Under the pieces are notes generated by a model. It did no database searches, was not told the origin of the DNA, and saw nothing but the letters and a program-made list of their open reading frames with translations. Source: Octopus vulgaris (Eukaryota). Taken from it: 64,000 bases of DNA. Below, in pieces: positions 39,706 through 53,819 of this stretch; position 1 is the first letter of the stretch; each line of letters starts with the position of its first letter. The DNA lies in assembly GCA_951406725.2 (NCBI GenBank), contig OX597823.1, positions 86,118,001-86,182,000 of the forward strand. The letters are read 5' to 3'. A program made the position numbers and the translations under genes.

Positions 39706-39786
39706 GCTGACAAATTTCGTTTATCATTTAAAAATATTTTGTGTTTGAAGTTTCAGACAAGTGGGTTGTCCAGGAACAACTCGTAA
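39706..39786 (-). pseudogene. Candidate 81-nt exon remnant (loop B to loop F) of the Cys-loop receptor-like gene
   Basis: Acceptor TTTTCCCTTTGCTGTAATAG; phase 2-2; YELFLDNPLV*NFKHKIFLNDKRNLS(A). Joined to the next exon it gives NLSAYKGNADW, matching DLSxYxxNxEW spacing. The donor reads ATTAGT (possibly mutated GTTAGT) and there is one in-frame TGA. Confidence 0.4.
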
Positions 39787-40538
39787 CTATTACAGCAAAG
39801 GGAAAATTCGCATTTTGAAAACAGATGAAAACAACAAGAAGCCGCGACACCATTACTACAAACAGTACGTTATTGTTACTCATAACGACGTTATAACCAC
39901 AACTATTACTTTCAAATTTCGGTACAAGGCCAGCAATTTCGATGAAGGTGCTAAGTCGGTTACATCGATCCCAGTACTCATATTCTACTTGTTTTATCGA
40001 CACACGACCCAAAAGGATGAAAGACATATTTTGCTGCCGACAAAAAACTGCGCTTGCGCGGTGGATTCGAAAAAAAATTAAAATGTATAAGCAGTAGGCC
40101 CATGCTGGATTGGCATCGTGTTTATATATTTAATCTTGGCGTACCTGTTGACGAAGACTTCGCCAGGCAAATTATTTTATTTGCAAAAAAAAGTTAGAAA
40201 CCGGCCCAGGAAATATATCGTGAATGTTTTTACTTTTCATTCCCTTCGAAAATTTACCCTAATTAGTGGTTTGCACTTTAGCTGTTCCTTCTAGCGTAAG
40301 ATTGTATACTATGATTGACAGCGCTTAATGTGTTTATATGTACACTGTATTTTACTTGAATAATATATAGTCTTTTGACTAATTTTTCTATACGCTAGGC
40401 CACTGGTAGTAAAAATTTCTAAAATCTTTATTACCCTGATATATATACATCTAATATAGGATAAAATTTTTCGAAAACAATTTTATCAATGGCCAGCATA
40501 TTAAAAAATACCTTTAAAGCTTAAATTTATAAATAGCT

Positions 40539-40693
40539 TATAAAATAAGGGCAAAAGAAAAAATTTATAATGCCAAATATGCCGAAAATAGATAAATTGT
40601 CAATAACCATTATAAATATAATAAATTATAATGGTTATTGACAATTTATCTATTTTCGGCATATTTAGCATTAGAATGTTTTTCTTTTGCCCT

Positions 40694-40702
<9 letters not shown>
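40539..40702. repeat. Inverted repeat (~75 bp arms) of a Penelope-like terminus
   Basis: TATAAAATAAGGGCAAAAGAAAAA...AACCATTATAA and its reverse complement; same sequence as 34020-34100. Confidence 0.9.
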
Positions 40703-40732
<30 letters not shown>

Positions 40733-40735
<3 letters not shown>

Positions 40736-40896
40736 GACGGGCGTCTTTCAGTTTCTGTCTACAAAATCCACTCACAAGGTTTTGGTCAGCCCGAGGCTGT
40801 AGTAGAACACACTTGCCCAAGGTGCCACGCAATGAGACTGAACCCAAAACCGTGTGGTTGGGAAGCTAGCTACTTACCACACAGCCACTCCTGAGC
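40733..40896 (-). mobile_element. SINE family A, 5' half
   Basis: Matches the family A head. Confidence 0.85.
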
Positions 40897-41479
40897 ATTT
40901 ATGATACATGAAAAATTTTTTTTTCAAACTATTTCGTCATGTAGTGACGATAAGCACGAAGGTCCGCAGCCTTTTCTTGCTGCTAATATTGGTGTCAAAA
41001 TTTGACTGAAGGGCAGCAGTTTCGAGATGAGGGAGTAAGTCGACTACATTGGCTCCAATGCTCAACTGCTACATATTTTATCGACCCCGAAAGGGCGAAA
41101 GACAAAAGTCAACCTCGGCGGAATTTGAACTGAGAACATAAAGTCGGACGATAAGCATTTTATCCAGCGTGGTCAACAATTGTGCCAGCTCACCACTTTT
41201 GTTTTTTATTACAGCTCATCTTAGTGGTTGATGTTGTTTAAGCCTTGAGCACTCATGATCGAGATATCCAATGGTCAAAAAAGTATTCCATTTGTGAACA
41301 TCGCGTCTTTTATTCTCGGGGACATTATCTCATGTGTGTTTTCTAATTTTAAAGCCTTACGCTGTTATTTCAGGGTGATTTGGTTTCGATTTCGAGCAAG
41401 TCAAGGAACCGATCAGAAGGCTTCTACATTGGCCCGTCATATTCCTGATCGTCTTTTACGTCGTCATTCGTTCTCGCCG

Positions 41480-41482
41480 TGA

Positions 41483-41524
<42 letters not shown>

Positions 41525-41712
41525 GAGGAGGAGGAGGAGGAGGAGGAGGAGGAAACTGAGTAGAGGATAACAGGATTAGGGTCTATAAAAGGCAAAAATA
41601 ACGATTAGGAAATGAGAAAGGTAAAAGAAGAAAAATCAAAGTGAGGTTTTCCCAATCTGATTTTCCATTTCTTCTTTTTTCCTTCATCCTTTCTTTTTGT
41701 ATTATTTTTATT

Positions 41713-41750
<38 letters not shown>

Positions 41751-41875
41751 TATTATTATTATTATTATTGTTATTATTGTTGTTTTTGTTGTTGTTGTTG
41801 ATGTTGTTATTATTAGTTGTTATGTTATCATTTTTCTTCTTTTACTTCTTGTCCCGCACATTTGTTTTTCTTTTT

Positions 41876-41940
<65 letters not shown>

Positions 41941-42199
41941 AATTATGATGACGATGATGATGATGATAATGATGACCTCTATGTAGGAAGAAGAAAGAAA
42001 AAACAGAAAGGAAAAATGAAAGAAGGAGAAAAGAGAAAGAAAGGAGAAAAGGAAGAAAAAAAGAAAGAAAGAGAAAAAGAAAGAGGAAAAGAAAGATAGA
42101 AAGAAAGAACAGATAGAAAGTGATGATAGCGAAATGCGGTGAAGAAAATTATGAGATCGAAGATGAAGACGTTGAAGATGATGATATGAATGATGTTGT

Positions 42200-42238
<39 letters not shown>

Positions 42239-42423
42239 CAAGGACGATTACGATGATGCTTATGACAAAAAAAGAAACGATAGCAGAGGAGGAAGTAGGG
42301 GAGGAATAAGAGGAAAACATGTTGAAGTTATATTTAGATTTCGGTCAAAAGATTCAGTAAGAAAAAGGATGCAAAAAGATGCAACACATGTAGAAAGAGA
42401 AAGAAAGGAAGGAAGACGAAAGA

Positions 42424-42463
<40 letters not shown>

Positions 42464-42626
42464 GGAAAGAAAGGGGAAAAGAAAGATAAATAGATAAAGA
42501 AAGAGTGAGAGTCAGAAAGAGAGAAAGAATAAGTTATGTATGTATGCATGCATGTATGCGCGCGTGTATATATATATGTACATATATATGTATGTATATA
42601 TGTATGTATACATACATATATGTATG

Positions 42627-42682
<56 letters not shown>

Positions 42683-42798
42683 TATATATATATGCATGCC
42701 TATAAAATGCGTATATAAATGTATATGTATGTGCACACAATAGATGTATATATAAATATACGTAAATACATGTAAATTTGTGTGAGAGTGTATTTATG

Positions 42799-42833
<35 letters not shown>

Positions 42834-42953
42834 CATCCTATACATATATAAACATCAACATACATATATATACATACATACACACACACATATATATGAT
42901 GTATATATTTTATACACACACAGATTCATACTAACAGCATATATACAAATATG

Positions 42954-43020
<67 letters not shown>

Positions 43021-44824
43021 CAGACATATTTGTATATATGCTGTGTAGGCGTATGAATTTCTGTGTGTGTATAAAATATATACATCATATATATGTGTGT
43101 GTGTATGTATGTATATGCACGTATGCATGTATGTTGGCATGTTTGTATATATGTATAGGATGGAGATTTGGAGAAAAAGAAGGAGAAGAAGGAAAGACTA
43201 GAAGAAAAGAAAAAAGGGCTAATGAAAGAATGCGAGCTGAAGGGGAATAGTACCGAAGTTAGCAAAGCAATGAGTCTTTTCATTGAGAAAGGTCCTTGAT
43301 TTTTTCTATTGATTCCTCAGCTTAAGGTTTGGCAATACAAGTTTGATGCTATTTTGTCGGAGCTTTGTCTGCAGACAATCAGCAAGAAATTGTATGTAAA
43401 ACGATTATTATTGGTCGAAAACGTATTTTTAACAGTGACAATATATACGGCTAGCTAACATAGGCAGAAATTTCCCTCACTGCTTTTCAACTAGCAAATA
43501 CATCATTACAATTTAGGATGGTGGCGTTATTGTTCAGTTTCTCTATTAGTATTATTATTATTATTATTATTATTACTACTACATTTTTGTTTGTTTTGTA
43601 TTTATTTTAGATTATTCTGGAAGAGAGAGCTTTGTAAGGGTTTGGGGTGTTTCGGACCTATTGTATTCTTCATCTATTTTGTATATATATATATACAATC
43701 ATTGTTGTTTTTCTTGGTATTTTTTTCTCTTCTCTTGTGTCGGTCAGTCTGCCTCTGCCCCCCTCTCTCTCTCTCCCTCTCTCTCTTATCCTTTTCCTTC
43801 TTTCGTTCTTTCCTTCTCTTTATTTCCTTCTTTGACCCAACTGGTCAAACCTGGATATCTTTTCTGCTTCGTCTCCAGCTTTCTATTTTTTCTCTATTCC
43901 CTTCAAGTTTATTTCTCCCCTTTGCTCTCTCTCCTTCACTCTATGCTCCCTCTCTCTCTCCATCTCCCGCTTCTTCCTCTCTCTCTTATTTTCTTTCACA
44001 CTCTCTCTTCTCTTCCTGATGGTCTCATTCTTTTGTCTACTTGAAACAAGTCTGAAAAATGCGAATATCTTTTCTGCAATTCTTTCTCTCTGCCTCTTTC
44101 CTCCTCCCTTCTTGTTTTCTTCACTCTTCTCTTACTCCCAATTTCCTCTCCCTCCATCCTTTCTCTCTCTCAATCTCTCTTCCTCTTTCTCACTCTGTGT
44201 CTCTGTTGGTCACTCGCTTATTTCTTAACTGCCTCTCACTTTCACTCTTACACTTTCTCTTGGTCGCTCTCCCCACTTTGAACGCATTCTTTTACACCCT
44301 CTTTTTCAGTCTCTCCCCACCCTTTCTCTCTCTCTCTCTGTCTCTCTCTATCTCTCTCTCTCTTTCTGATTTGGTCTCACTCCTATTTTCCTTTGAAGCA
44401 ACTATGAGAAATCACGATATCTCTCACCCCTTTCTCTCGTTCCTTTCTCTTTCTCTCACCTCTCTTCATCCTCTCTCCCTTTTCCCTCTCTCTTCTCTCC
44501 CTCTCCCTCTCTCTCTATCTATGTATATATCTATTTATCTTGCCTCATATCTTACCCTCTTTTCCTCACTCTTTTACTCTTACCCTTAAAACCTCTTGCT
44601 CTTTCTTGTTCCTTCTCCCTTTCTCTCTCTGTCTTCCTCCCACAATTTCTCTCTCTCTCTCTCCGTCTTCCTTTCTTCATCTCTTTTACCTCCACCTTCC
44701 TTCCTCCTCCCTCTTGTCAGTCTATCACTCGCCATAAGATAAACACAAGCGTTACATAGTTTGATGTTTGATGCCCTCAAGCGGTCAGCAGATTGCTCTG
44801 TATTCAGTCCACAATGAATGCATA

Positions 44825-44861
<37 letters not shown>

Positions 44862-45073
44862 AAAGGAGAGAGAAAGAGAAAAGAGCGGATAGAATGTGAG
44901 GGAGGGAGGGTTCGAGAGAAAGACGAAAACGAAATGAAGGGAGATAAAGCGGTAGAAGAAAAAAAAGAAGAGTTGAATGAGATTATTTGTGTATTTGTGT
45001 GTGTTAACGGCCAGTTTAGGATATATGGTCAAGTGCCTTTTTATAACGAGTAAATATTGCTAATGTTACGTAA

Positions 45074-45128
<55 letters not shown>

Positions 45129-45243
45129 TTTATTCTTCTTATTATTGTTGTTGTTGTTATTATTATTATTATCATTATTATTATTATTATCATTATTATT
45201 ATTATTGTTGTTGTTGTTGTTATTATTATTATTATTATTTTTA

Positions 45244-45287
<44 letters not shown>

Positions 45288-46601
45288 GATGTTGTTGATG
45301 CTACAGTAGGAACAGTTGTGGTACTGGTGTTGGTGGTGGTGGTGGTGATAGTGTCTTTGTGTAGATGTTAGAGAGTGAGAGAGAGTAAGGGTATACGCAT
45401 ACGTGTATACCTGAGCTCGCGTATAAGCGTGTATGTGTATGTATATTGGTATTCTTTGTTGATCAGATCGCCATTCATAATAACAATCATCGTTATAATC
45501 ATGGTCATCATCAGCTATGCACAATCAACATAATCGCCATCATCATATCATCATCATCATTATCATCATGATGATGATCATCATCATGATCATCATATCA
45601 TCATTATCGGCTTCACCACGGTCATTTCGTCATCCTCATCTTATCACCCTCATCACCACCACAACGACCACCACAACCCACACCACCACCAACAACAACA
45701 ACACCACTACCACCAACAACAACACCACCACCAACCGCCGCCACCACCACTACTGCCGCCGCCGCCGCCGTCGTCGTCACCACCATCACAGCAATCCATC
45801 ATCATCATCGCCATCATTGTGCTACCCTTCAACATCTACATAGTTACCATTATACCCGACGTTTTTTATTCTCCATACACAAAGGCGCTCTCACACACAC
45901 AAACACTCAAACACACACACACAAAAATACAAACACACATACACACACCCTCTCCCTATAACACATACTCGCACACACTTACACACAGACACACCCTCTC
46001 TTACATACTCACAAACACGCAAACACACATATTCACTTTCATCTAAGCATATAAACCCACACAAAACATATAAACGTATCAACCTACACACAAAAAAAAC
46101 ACATCCCCAAAGATATAAATATAAAGATAAACATCACACATACACACATATATAGACACGAATGGGAAGTCAGACAAAATAAAGACCAAGAGCAAACCTT
46201 AGTGTATAGGATAGAAAAATGTAGAGCTTTTCAGCATAACATAGAATGCGGACGGCAAAAAAAAATCACACAAACATATAAAAGAGAACAAAAAAAGGAA
46301 CAAAACTAAAGCAAATTCTTGAACTGAGAGAAAGTTGTTGGAGGAAATCAAGAAATTTGGATGCAAAGGTGTGTAGTGTATGTACAGATGTGTAATGTTC
46401 TGCATGTATGTGTTTGTGTTTGTGTATGTATCTATGTGTGTCATTTATGTATTGTAGTTATTGATACTAGTGTTGTTTTTTTGTAGCTATAGGTATGTGT
46501 ATATATGTGCATATATATATATATATATATATATGCATATACATTTAGCTATTTGTATGTAGTATACCTGCGTAACTATATACATACATACATACACACA
46601 T

Positions 46602-46636
<35 letters not shown>

Positions 46637-46676
46637 CATATATGTATATATATACATATATATATATACATATATT

Positions 46677-46709
<33 letters not shown>

Positions 46710-46838
46710 AAATGTATATATATGTAAATATATGCACATATATATACATATATATTTATATATATGTATATATATATTTAGATATATATTTATACATATA
46801 TAAATATATATATATATTTATATATATATGTATATTTA

Positions 46839-46892
<54 letters not shown>

Positions 46893-47464
46893 TATGTATG
46901 TGCGTGTTTGTATGTCTGTGGGTTTATGTTTGCATGAATATATATATATATATATATATACATATAAAATTGTTTATTTCTTTGTTACTGTATACATCGT
47001 GTATACGCGTAATTCGAGAATGAATGTAGAGTATAAAATGAACAGGAAGGTATAGTTGGTGATACTTGATGTCGCTACTTGATAGTGTTTATGTTTTTTG
47101 TTGTTGTTTTTTTTTTTTTTTGTGTGTTGTTGTGTTGTTTTGTGGTGTGTTTTTTTTTTTTTGGTTTTTTGGTTTTTTTTTTGTGGTTAGTGTTTTTTTC
47201 TTTTTTCTGGGTGGTGTGTTGTTAGGGGTGTTATGTTTTTTTATTTTATTTTTTTTGGGAGTTTTTTTTTGTGTTTTTTTTTGGAGAGGAGAGAGTGAGA
47301 GGAGGATGGGGAAGATTTTTTGAGAGAGTGTGGAGGAATTTGGTGGTTATTTTATTTTTATTTTTTTTTTGTTTTTTTTGTTTTTATTGTTTTTTTTGTT
47401 TTTGTGTATAAACTTTATAATTTCATATCAAATATTTTATAAAAGATGTGTGTGTGTGTGTGTG

Positions 47465-47540
<76 letters not shown>
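41480..47540. repeat. ~6 kb domain dominated by simple repeats (TAG, GAT, GA/CT, TA, ATT, CAC, T-rich)
   Basis: Direct inspection; includes a ~1 kb polypyrimidine tract at 43750-44715. Confidence 0.9.
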
Positions 47541-47546
<6 letters not shown>

Positions 47547-48784
47547 AGAATTGATGCTTGTGACGCCAGGTCATAATTGGTACTTTTTTATCATTCTTCG
47601 ATGGATGAAAGATAAAGTTATCATTGGCAATATCTGAAATTAAAAGCAAGACTGAATACCGTAAAGATATCTCTGAGACGTTTTAGAGACTCGGTCAGTT
47701 TCGATACCTCAAAATGCCTTGCGATTTCCTCTCCAGGTCTGACAACAGTTGATTAATTTCGGAGAGACGGACAGAAAGTAAGAGAGGAGAGCGTGTGAAC
47801 GTAAAGTAGAAAAGTATTGATGTTGGTACAAAACTGGTACTTTATCAATCCCAAAACGAAGAAAGGCAAAGCTGAACTTGGCGATATTCGGAAGCAAAGA
47901 GCTTTAAGGACTCGGTCCGTTCAATATCTTTTATGCCATGCGTGGAAGACATAATTTAGCAGAAAGAATATATAACGATTGTTGTATCAGTTAAATAAAT
48001 ACCGGAATGAAAAACAAAATCGCTAGGGTGGAGAAAATTTACAAAAACCCTTCAAGCTTTTGTTGTCACAAAATGGCAGCCGGTGTGAGAATGAAATCGA
48101 GGGGTAAAATGATACAGGGAATAGTGGGGAAGGAAAGCAAGGAAAAAGGTAATGCAAATCTATTTATGCTTTGCAAAAGCATACTGTTTTACAAAAGAGA
48201 TAAATGCTATCAGTATAGTTTTATATTTCATGCACAGTTTCACAAAATGGCGACTATTTTAAAATGCCTCTACATACGTCTTCGTTATATATATATTTAT
48301 ATATATATATAACTGTTAGGAGAGAGAAAAAAATGCTTATATTGTTTGTATAATATGATAATGTAATGCATAATAATGTAATAAATATTGTTTGTATGTA
48401 AAAGTGTAAGAAATATGTTATAAAATAACAATATATAGACTGCAATATGTGGTTTGTATTCGATTTATTATAGATATTCGTCTTGGAGCATAAAGCGAAA
48501 TGACCATTTTTATTGTAGTTCTTGGAATCGTAATGTCTGTCTCCTTACTGCCTGTGTTTTTACACACACACACACACACACACACTCTCTCTCTCTCTCT
48601 CACGTACATTCAAGCAGTTATAGTCGCAAGCTCACATGTACGTATATATAAATATATTTACGAATGTGTTTATAAATCACGAATGTGTTTATAAATCACG
48701 AATGTGTTTATAAATGTACACATTCCTAAGTGTGTATCTTTGCATATATGTTTGAATATACGTATAAACTTCTTATTTTTTCTG

Positions 48785-48848
<64 letters not shown>

Positions 48849-48978
48849 CGTCTAATTTCCTACCTGTAGATATACACATAAGTGTGTGTTTGTGTGTGTA
48901 TATAAGTATTTATGTATGTATGAATACAGACACATTACATATAGCTACATATATATTTATACATTACATACATACACT

Positions 48979-49038
<60 letters not shown>

Positions 49039-49074
49039 CATATATTGGAAGGTTTGGAGATGATGTACAGGTAT

Positions 49075-49465
<391 letters not shown>

Positions 49466-49704
49466 TGATAGATAGATAGATAGATACATTGATAGATGCT
49501 AGTATGTATGTATGTATGTATGCATGTATAGACACACGCACACTAATTCTTCAGACATTTGCCTTGAGAACCCGTCGTTAGTATCTTTGGAATCTGTTTA
49601 TTTTGTCTTCATAAATACAGAATTGTACAGTTCTTTGTGAAAATATTTATTTATTTTTTGACCTATTAATACGTTCAAAGCCTATTATGTGCCAATCTGA
49701 TACA

Positions 49705-49774
<70 letters not shown>

Positions 49775-49931
49775 ATACTCCTTCTACTACTACTACTACT
49801 ACTACTACAACTACTGCTACTGCTGATACTTTTATATATACTCCTATATACTACTACTAGATCTTCTTAGATAGATTAGATAGATGATGCTGCTGCTGCT
49901 GCTGCTACTACTACTACTACTACTACACACG

Positions 49932-50016
<85 letters not shown>

Positions 50017-50083
50017 AATGCTAATAGTATTACCACTATCACCAACTCTACTCTTCTTCTTGGTGCAGTAGTAGTAATAATAG

Positions 50084-50155
<72 letters not shown>

Positions 50156-50626
50156 TAATCTAATGAGGAGGTGGGAAGGAAGGCGGAGGTAGAGGAACAG
50201 TTTTGAATTTAGGCCCAACGCCAACAATTTTCAGGAAAATGGGGTAGTCGATTCCATTGATCCTAGTGCTAGACTATTACGTATTTCATCGATACCGAAA
50301 GGAAGAAATATAAAACTGCTTTCGTCGCATAATGGATTCAGAATGCAAAAAGAGAGAAGAAAATAGGAGCATGAATATTTACGAAGAGGGTGTGTTAGTC
50401 AATTGTATCAACCCCAATTATGACTGGTACGTTATTTTATCAACTATGACATAATGAAAGACAAACGTGACCTCGGTGGTATTTGACCTCAGAACGTAAA
50501 TTCAAGTGCCACAACGAAAATGGGATGAAAGTGTTTAACCATCTTCTAAGTAAATGGAGCAAGCTCACCCCAAAAACTTTGGTCTTCGCGTGTCGTTAGC
50601 ACTAGCAAATTCACTTTGACTCTACT

Positions 50627-50936
50627 GTCGTGGAAGTGTCATCCAACCAAAATGCAAATATATGGGAAACTACCACCTGTGTCATCTCTTGTGAAAGGTA
50701 GGAGAGTCCAGTTTGCTGGACATTGTTGTAGAGCTGAAAAAGAAGTAATTTCTCCTCTTCTCCTCTGGACGCCATGTACTCGCAATACCAGAGGGCGCAC
50801 ACTCTCCTACCCTGATGTAATCTCCAGGGATACAGGCATCCAGCAACAGGACCTCCGTAATGCCATGATGGACCGTGAAGTCTGGCGTAGCATGGTAAAT
50901 TCCATTGTCTCGACCACGGTCGAACAATGATGATGA
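50627..50936 (+). mobile_element. 5'-truncated RTE/RTE-X LINE with 11-bp TSD
   Basis: Open frame SWKCHPTKMQIYGKLP...RRVQFAGHC...MMDREVWR, a (TGA)n tail, and TTGACTCTACT at 50616-50626 and 50937-50947. Confidence 0.92.
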
Positions 50937-51104
50937 TTGACTCTACTCCCTGCTAACAATATCTTCTTATCAGCTCTGCTTTAATTATTCGCCTATCTAT
51001 CAATGCTAAAGTGACAGCCAGCTACCGATCCACATCTTTTTTCCAATGTCTGCTGCACTTGTCTTCTCGTTATACTAGGGCGCATTATGTGGGCAGATAT
51101 ATAT

Positions 51105-51312
51105 ATATTCAAAATGTGACCGCGTGTGTACCGTTGGCGATTTTTCCCTTCTTTGGATCTTTCCTTTTCCTATGTTTCTGATGAAGAGCTCCGCTCGAAA
51201 CGTTAAATCCTCCTTCTTTCTTTCTTTTCCTGAGCGTCCAATAACACTATACTTGTTCCACGTTCTCGCGTTGTTGTTTTCTGTTTGTGTTTTCATGTTT
51301 GGATTAACTATA

Positions 51313-51381
<69 letters not shown>

Positions 51382-51595
51382 TATATAGTCCAAACAAGAA
51401 CAAGCAAGAAAAAAACAACAACGTGAGGACGTAGTACAAGTACTGTGTTACTGGACGCTCAGGAAAGGGAAGAAAAGAAAGAGGATTATACGTTTCGAGC
51501 GGAGCTCGTCATCAGAAATATAGAAAATGTCAAAGAAGGGAAGACGGAGAGAGAAAATTGCTAACGCTACACACGCAGTCACATATTGAAAAGCA
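51105..51595. mobile_element. Inverted pair of Penelope-like terminal repeats around (TA)n, each with a minimal hammerhead (51175-51207 +, 51487-51518 -)
   Basis: TTT-CTGATGA-AGAGCTCCGCTC-GAAAC-GTT-AAA on plus; TTT-CTGATGA-CGAGCTCCGCTC-GAAAC-GTA on minus. Confidence 0.82.
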
Positions 51596-51627
51596 TTAAG
51601 TTAAGCAGCGGTTCAGTAATGTATTAC

Positions 51628-51855
51628 CTCATCGAAAAGGAAAAACTACAATTGTCATTAAATGTGACGGGCAGACTTAGAACACCTACAATATCAACGT
51701 ACATGCAAGTGACAGCAGCCGTAAACGCCCGAAAGTGGCAGTCGTAATATACACATACCGTCGACGGTTTTGGCTTTAACTTCCAAGCCTCTTCAGTAGG
51801 GTCGGCACAATTCACCACACTCCGAATAAGATCGCCACCGATAAATATGTCTGTT
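51628..51855 (-). pseudogene. 228-nt open exon encoding a diverged Cys-loop receptor ligand-binding-domain segment (loop A to Cys-loop)
   Basis: TTTCTATAG| ... AG|GTAATA; phase 2-2; no stops. TDIFIGGDLIRSVVNCADPTEEAWKLKPKPSTVCVYYDCHFRAFTAAVTCMYVDIVGVLSLPVTFNDNCSFSFSM aligns by eye to I....D.IW.P...YN.AD...V.VYYDG.V...PPA....C..D....P..D..CS..F. Confidence 0.62.
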
Positions 51856-52065
51856 CTATAGAAATTTGTGGATGATTTAGCGAATCGCTAATGTGTATAG
51901 AAATGATTAAATTAGGCAATGTATCACCAAAAAAGAAAAAGTATAATTGCTATTTAATATGATAGACGGTGTTAGAAGATCTACAATGCTAAAAATAAGA
52001 GCTATATATGATTGAGAAAAATGGAAGTTATGTATGTCTTCATTGATCATTACAATTATTTCAAC

Positions 52066-52196
52066 CCATTTAGTATTGATTCCGCGCGGGTCGGATACTG
52101 ATTTTGGTGTATCCCCCTCTGTAGATGTGCCTCTTCAGATGACTGCTAGAGGTATCTCGTTAAAGCAAACTCTGTTTCGTAAGATTTCTTCTTGGC
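52066..52196 (-). pseudogene. Candidate upstream exon remnant (beta1-beta3) of the Cys-loop receptor-like gene
   Basis: Non-repetitive island with acceptor TATACAAAG| and a weak donor GG|GTTGAA (phase 2, giving ...NG|TDIFI). Fragments FNE..VI, HLQR.I.QN and V.DP recall D.DE....L...W.D..L.WDP. Stops occur in all frames. Confidence 0.35.
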
Positions 52197-52379
52197 CTTT
52201 GTATATAGAAATAGCAAATTATGGTATATAGCTTCATTCTTATTGAAGATCCATTACAAATATCAGATACAAAAATACGTATTATACAAGCATTGAAAAG
52301 GAATAGAAGGCCTTGAGTTTCCTTTTCCTAGAAGAAGTAAAAGAGTATGATAATATCGTTCAGTATATAAAACAACATT

Positions 52380-52565
52380 AAGTCAGCGAACTGGCAGAAT
52401 CGTTAGCACGCCGGGAAAAAAGCTTAGCGCCATTTCGTCAGGATTTATGCTCTGAGTTCAAACGCCACCGAGGTCAGATTTACAGTTCATTCTTTCGAGG
52501 ATCGATGTAATTACCTTACCTTCCCCTACAGAAATTGCTGGCCTTGTGCCAAAATTTGAAACCAA
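52380..52565 (+). mobile_element. Old SINE family B copy
   Basis: CTGGCAGAATCGTTAGCACGCCGGG...CTGAGTTCAAA...GGCCTTGTGCCAAAATTTGAAACC. Confidence 0.8.
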
Positions 52566-52929
52566 TATAAAATACAATATTGAAAACATCGATTTTTTTT
52601 CCTCGTTAAAATGTGTATAAAAATATGTCTCAATCCAAATCGTAATATCTGCATTTTTCTTGCGTTTCAAAACACAGACACTAACACACACACACTCACA
52701 CAGAGATTCATCCATGTATATGTCCATAAATATACATATATGCACGTATTTAAAACGGCCAATCTTCATATGTGTATGACGCATTGTTTCTTAAATACAT
52801 ATATATTTTGCTCTATGTATTTCTTCTATTATATTCTTTATGATCTAGATTAAATAAAAAAAGACAACACAAAAATATTTCAAGAGCTCCGAAAATGCGC
52901 AGATACACTCACATATGTATGTATGTATG

Positions 52930-52963
<34 letters not shown>

Positions 52964-53266
52964 TGTATGTATGTATGTATGTATGTATGTATGCATGCAT
53001 GTATGTATGTATGTGCATATATATATGTATAGTGTGTATATATATCTATATACATATGCATATGTATTTATGTACATATATGTATATATATATGCATATG
53101 TATATATATATGTATATGTATATATATGTATATATATATATATACATATGTATGTATATGTATATGTATATGTGTATATGCATATGTATACGTATTTAGG
53201 TATATGTTTATATGCATATATATCTATATGTATATATGTATATATGTATATCTATATATGTATGTA

Positions 53267-53359
<93 letters not shown>

Positions 53360-53710
53360 ATGTGTGTGAGTATAGTATATATATATATATATGTATATGT
53401 TTTGGTATATATATACATGTATACTTGGAGAGAGGAAATGAACAAGGAAGACAGGGAGAGATAAAGGGAGCGATGGAGCTATGGAGAGAGAGAGAAAGAA
53501 CAAATCGCTTCATGACCTGCTAGAACATAAACTGAAAGAAGTCATTACAATAGGTACAAAAGGAACCATATAGCAGAGTCTATACAGAGATTTGTAAATG
53601 TTTGCCCAAAAGAAAAAAAGGAAATATAGACACAAAACCATAACAACTATAACACTAATACTAAAACTAATAATAATAATAATACTACCAAGAATGATAA
53701 TGATTATAGC

Positions 53711-53819
<109 letters not shown>

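Noticed and set aside
39757-39864. Plus-strand 108-nt exon-like segment (QVGCPGTTRNYYSKGK...) with good AG/GT signals
   Set aside because: No recognisable family, no supported partner exons, and it overlaps the minus-strand candidate exon. It cannot be excluded without RNA data.
43323-43370. 48-nt minus exon candidate (QSSDKIASNLYCQTL) as the middle receptor exon
   Set aside because: No GT donor, and a poorer fit to DLSxY than 39706-39786.
47066-47400. Hydrophobic F/V/G-rich ORF resembling a membrane protein
   Set aside because: T/G low-complexity sequence, possibly a low-quality consensus.
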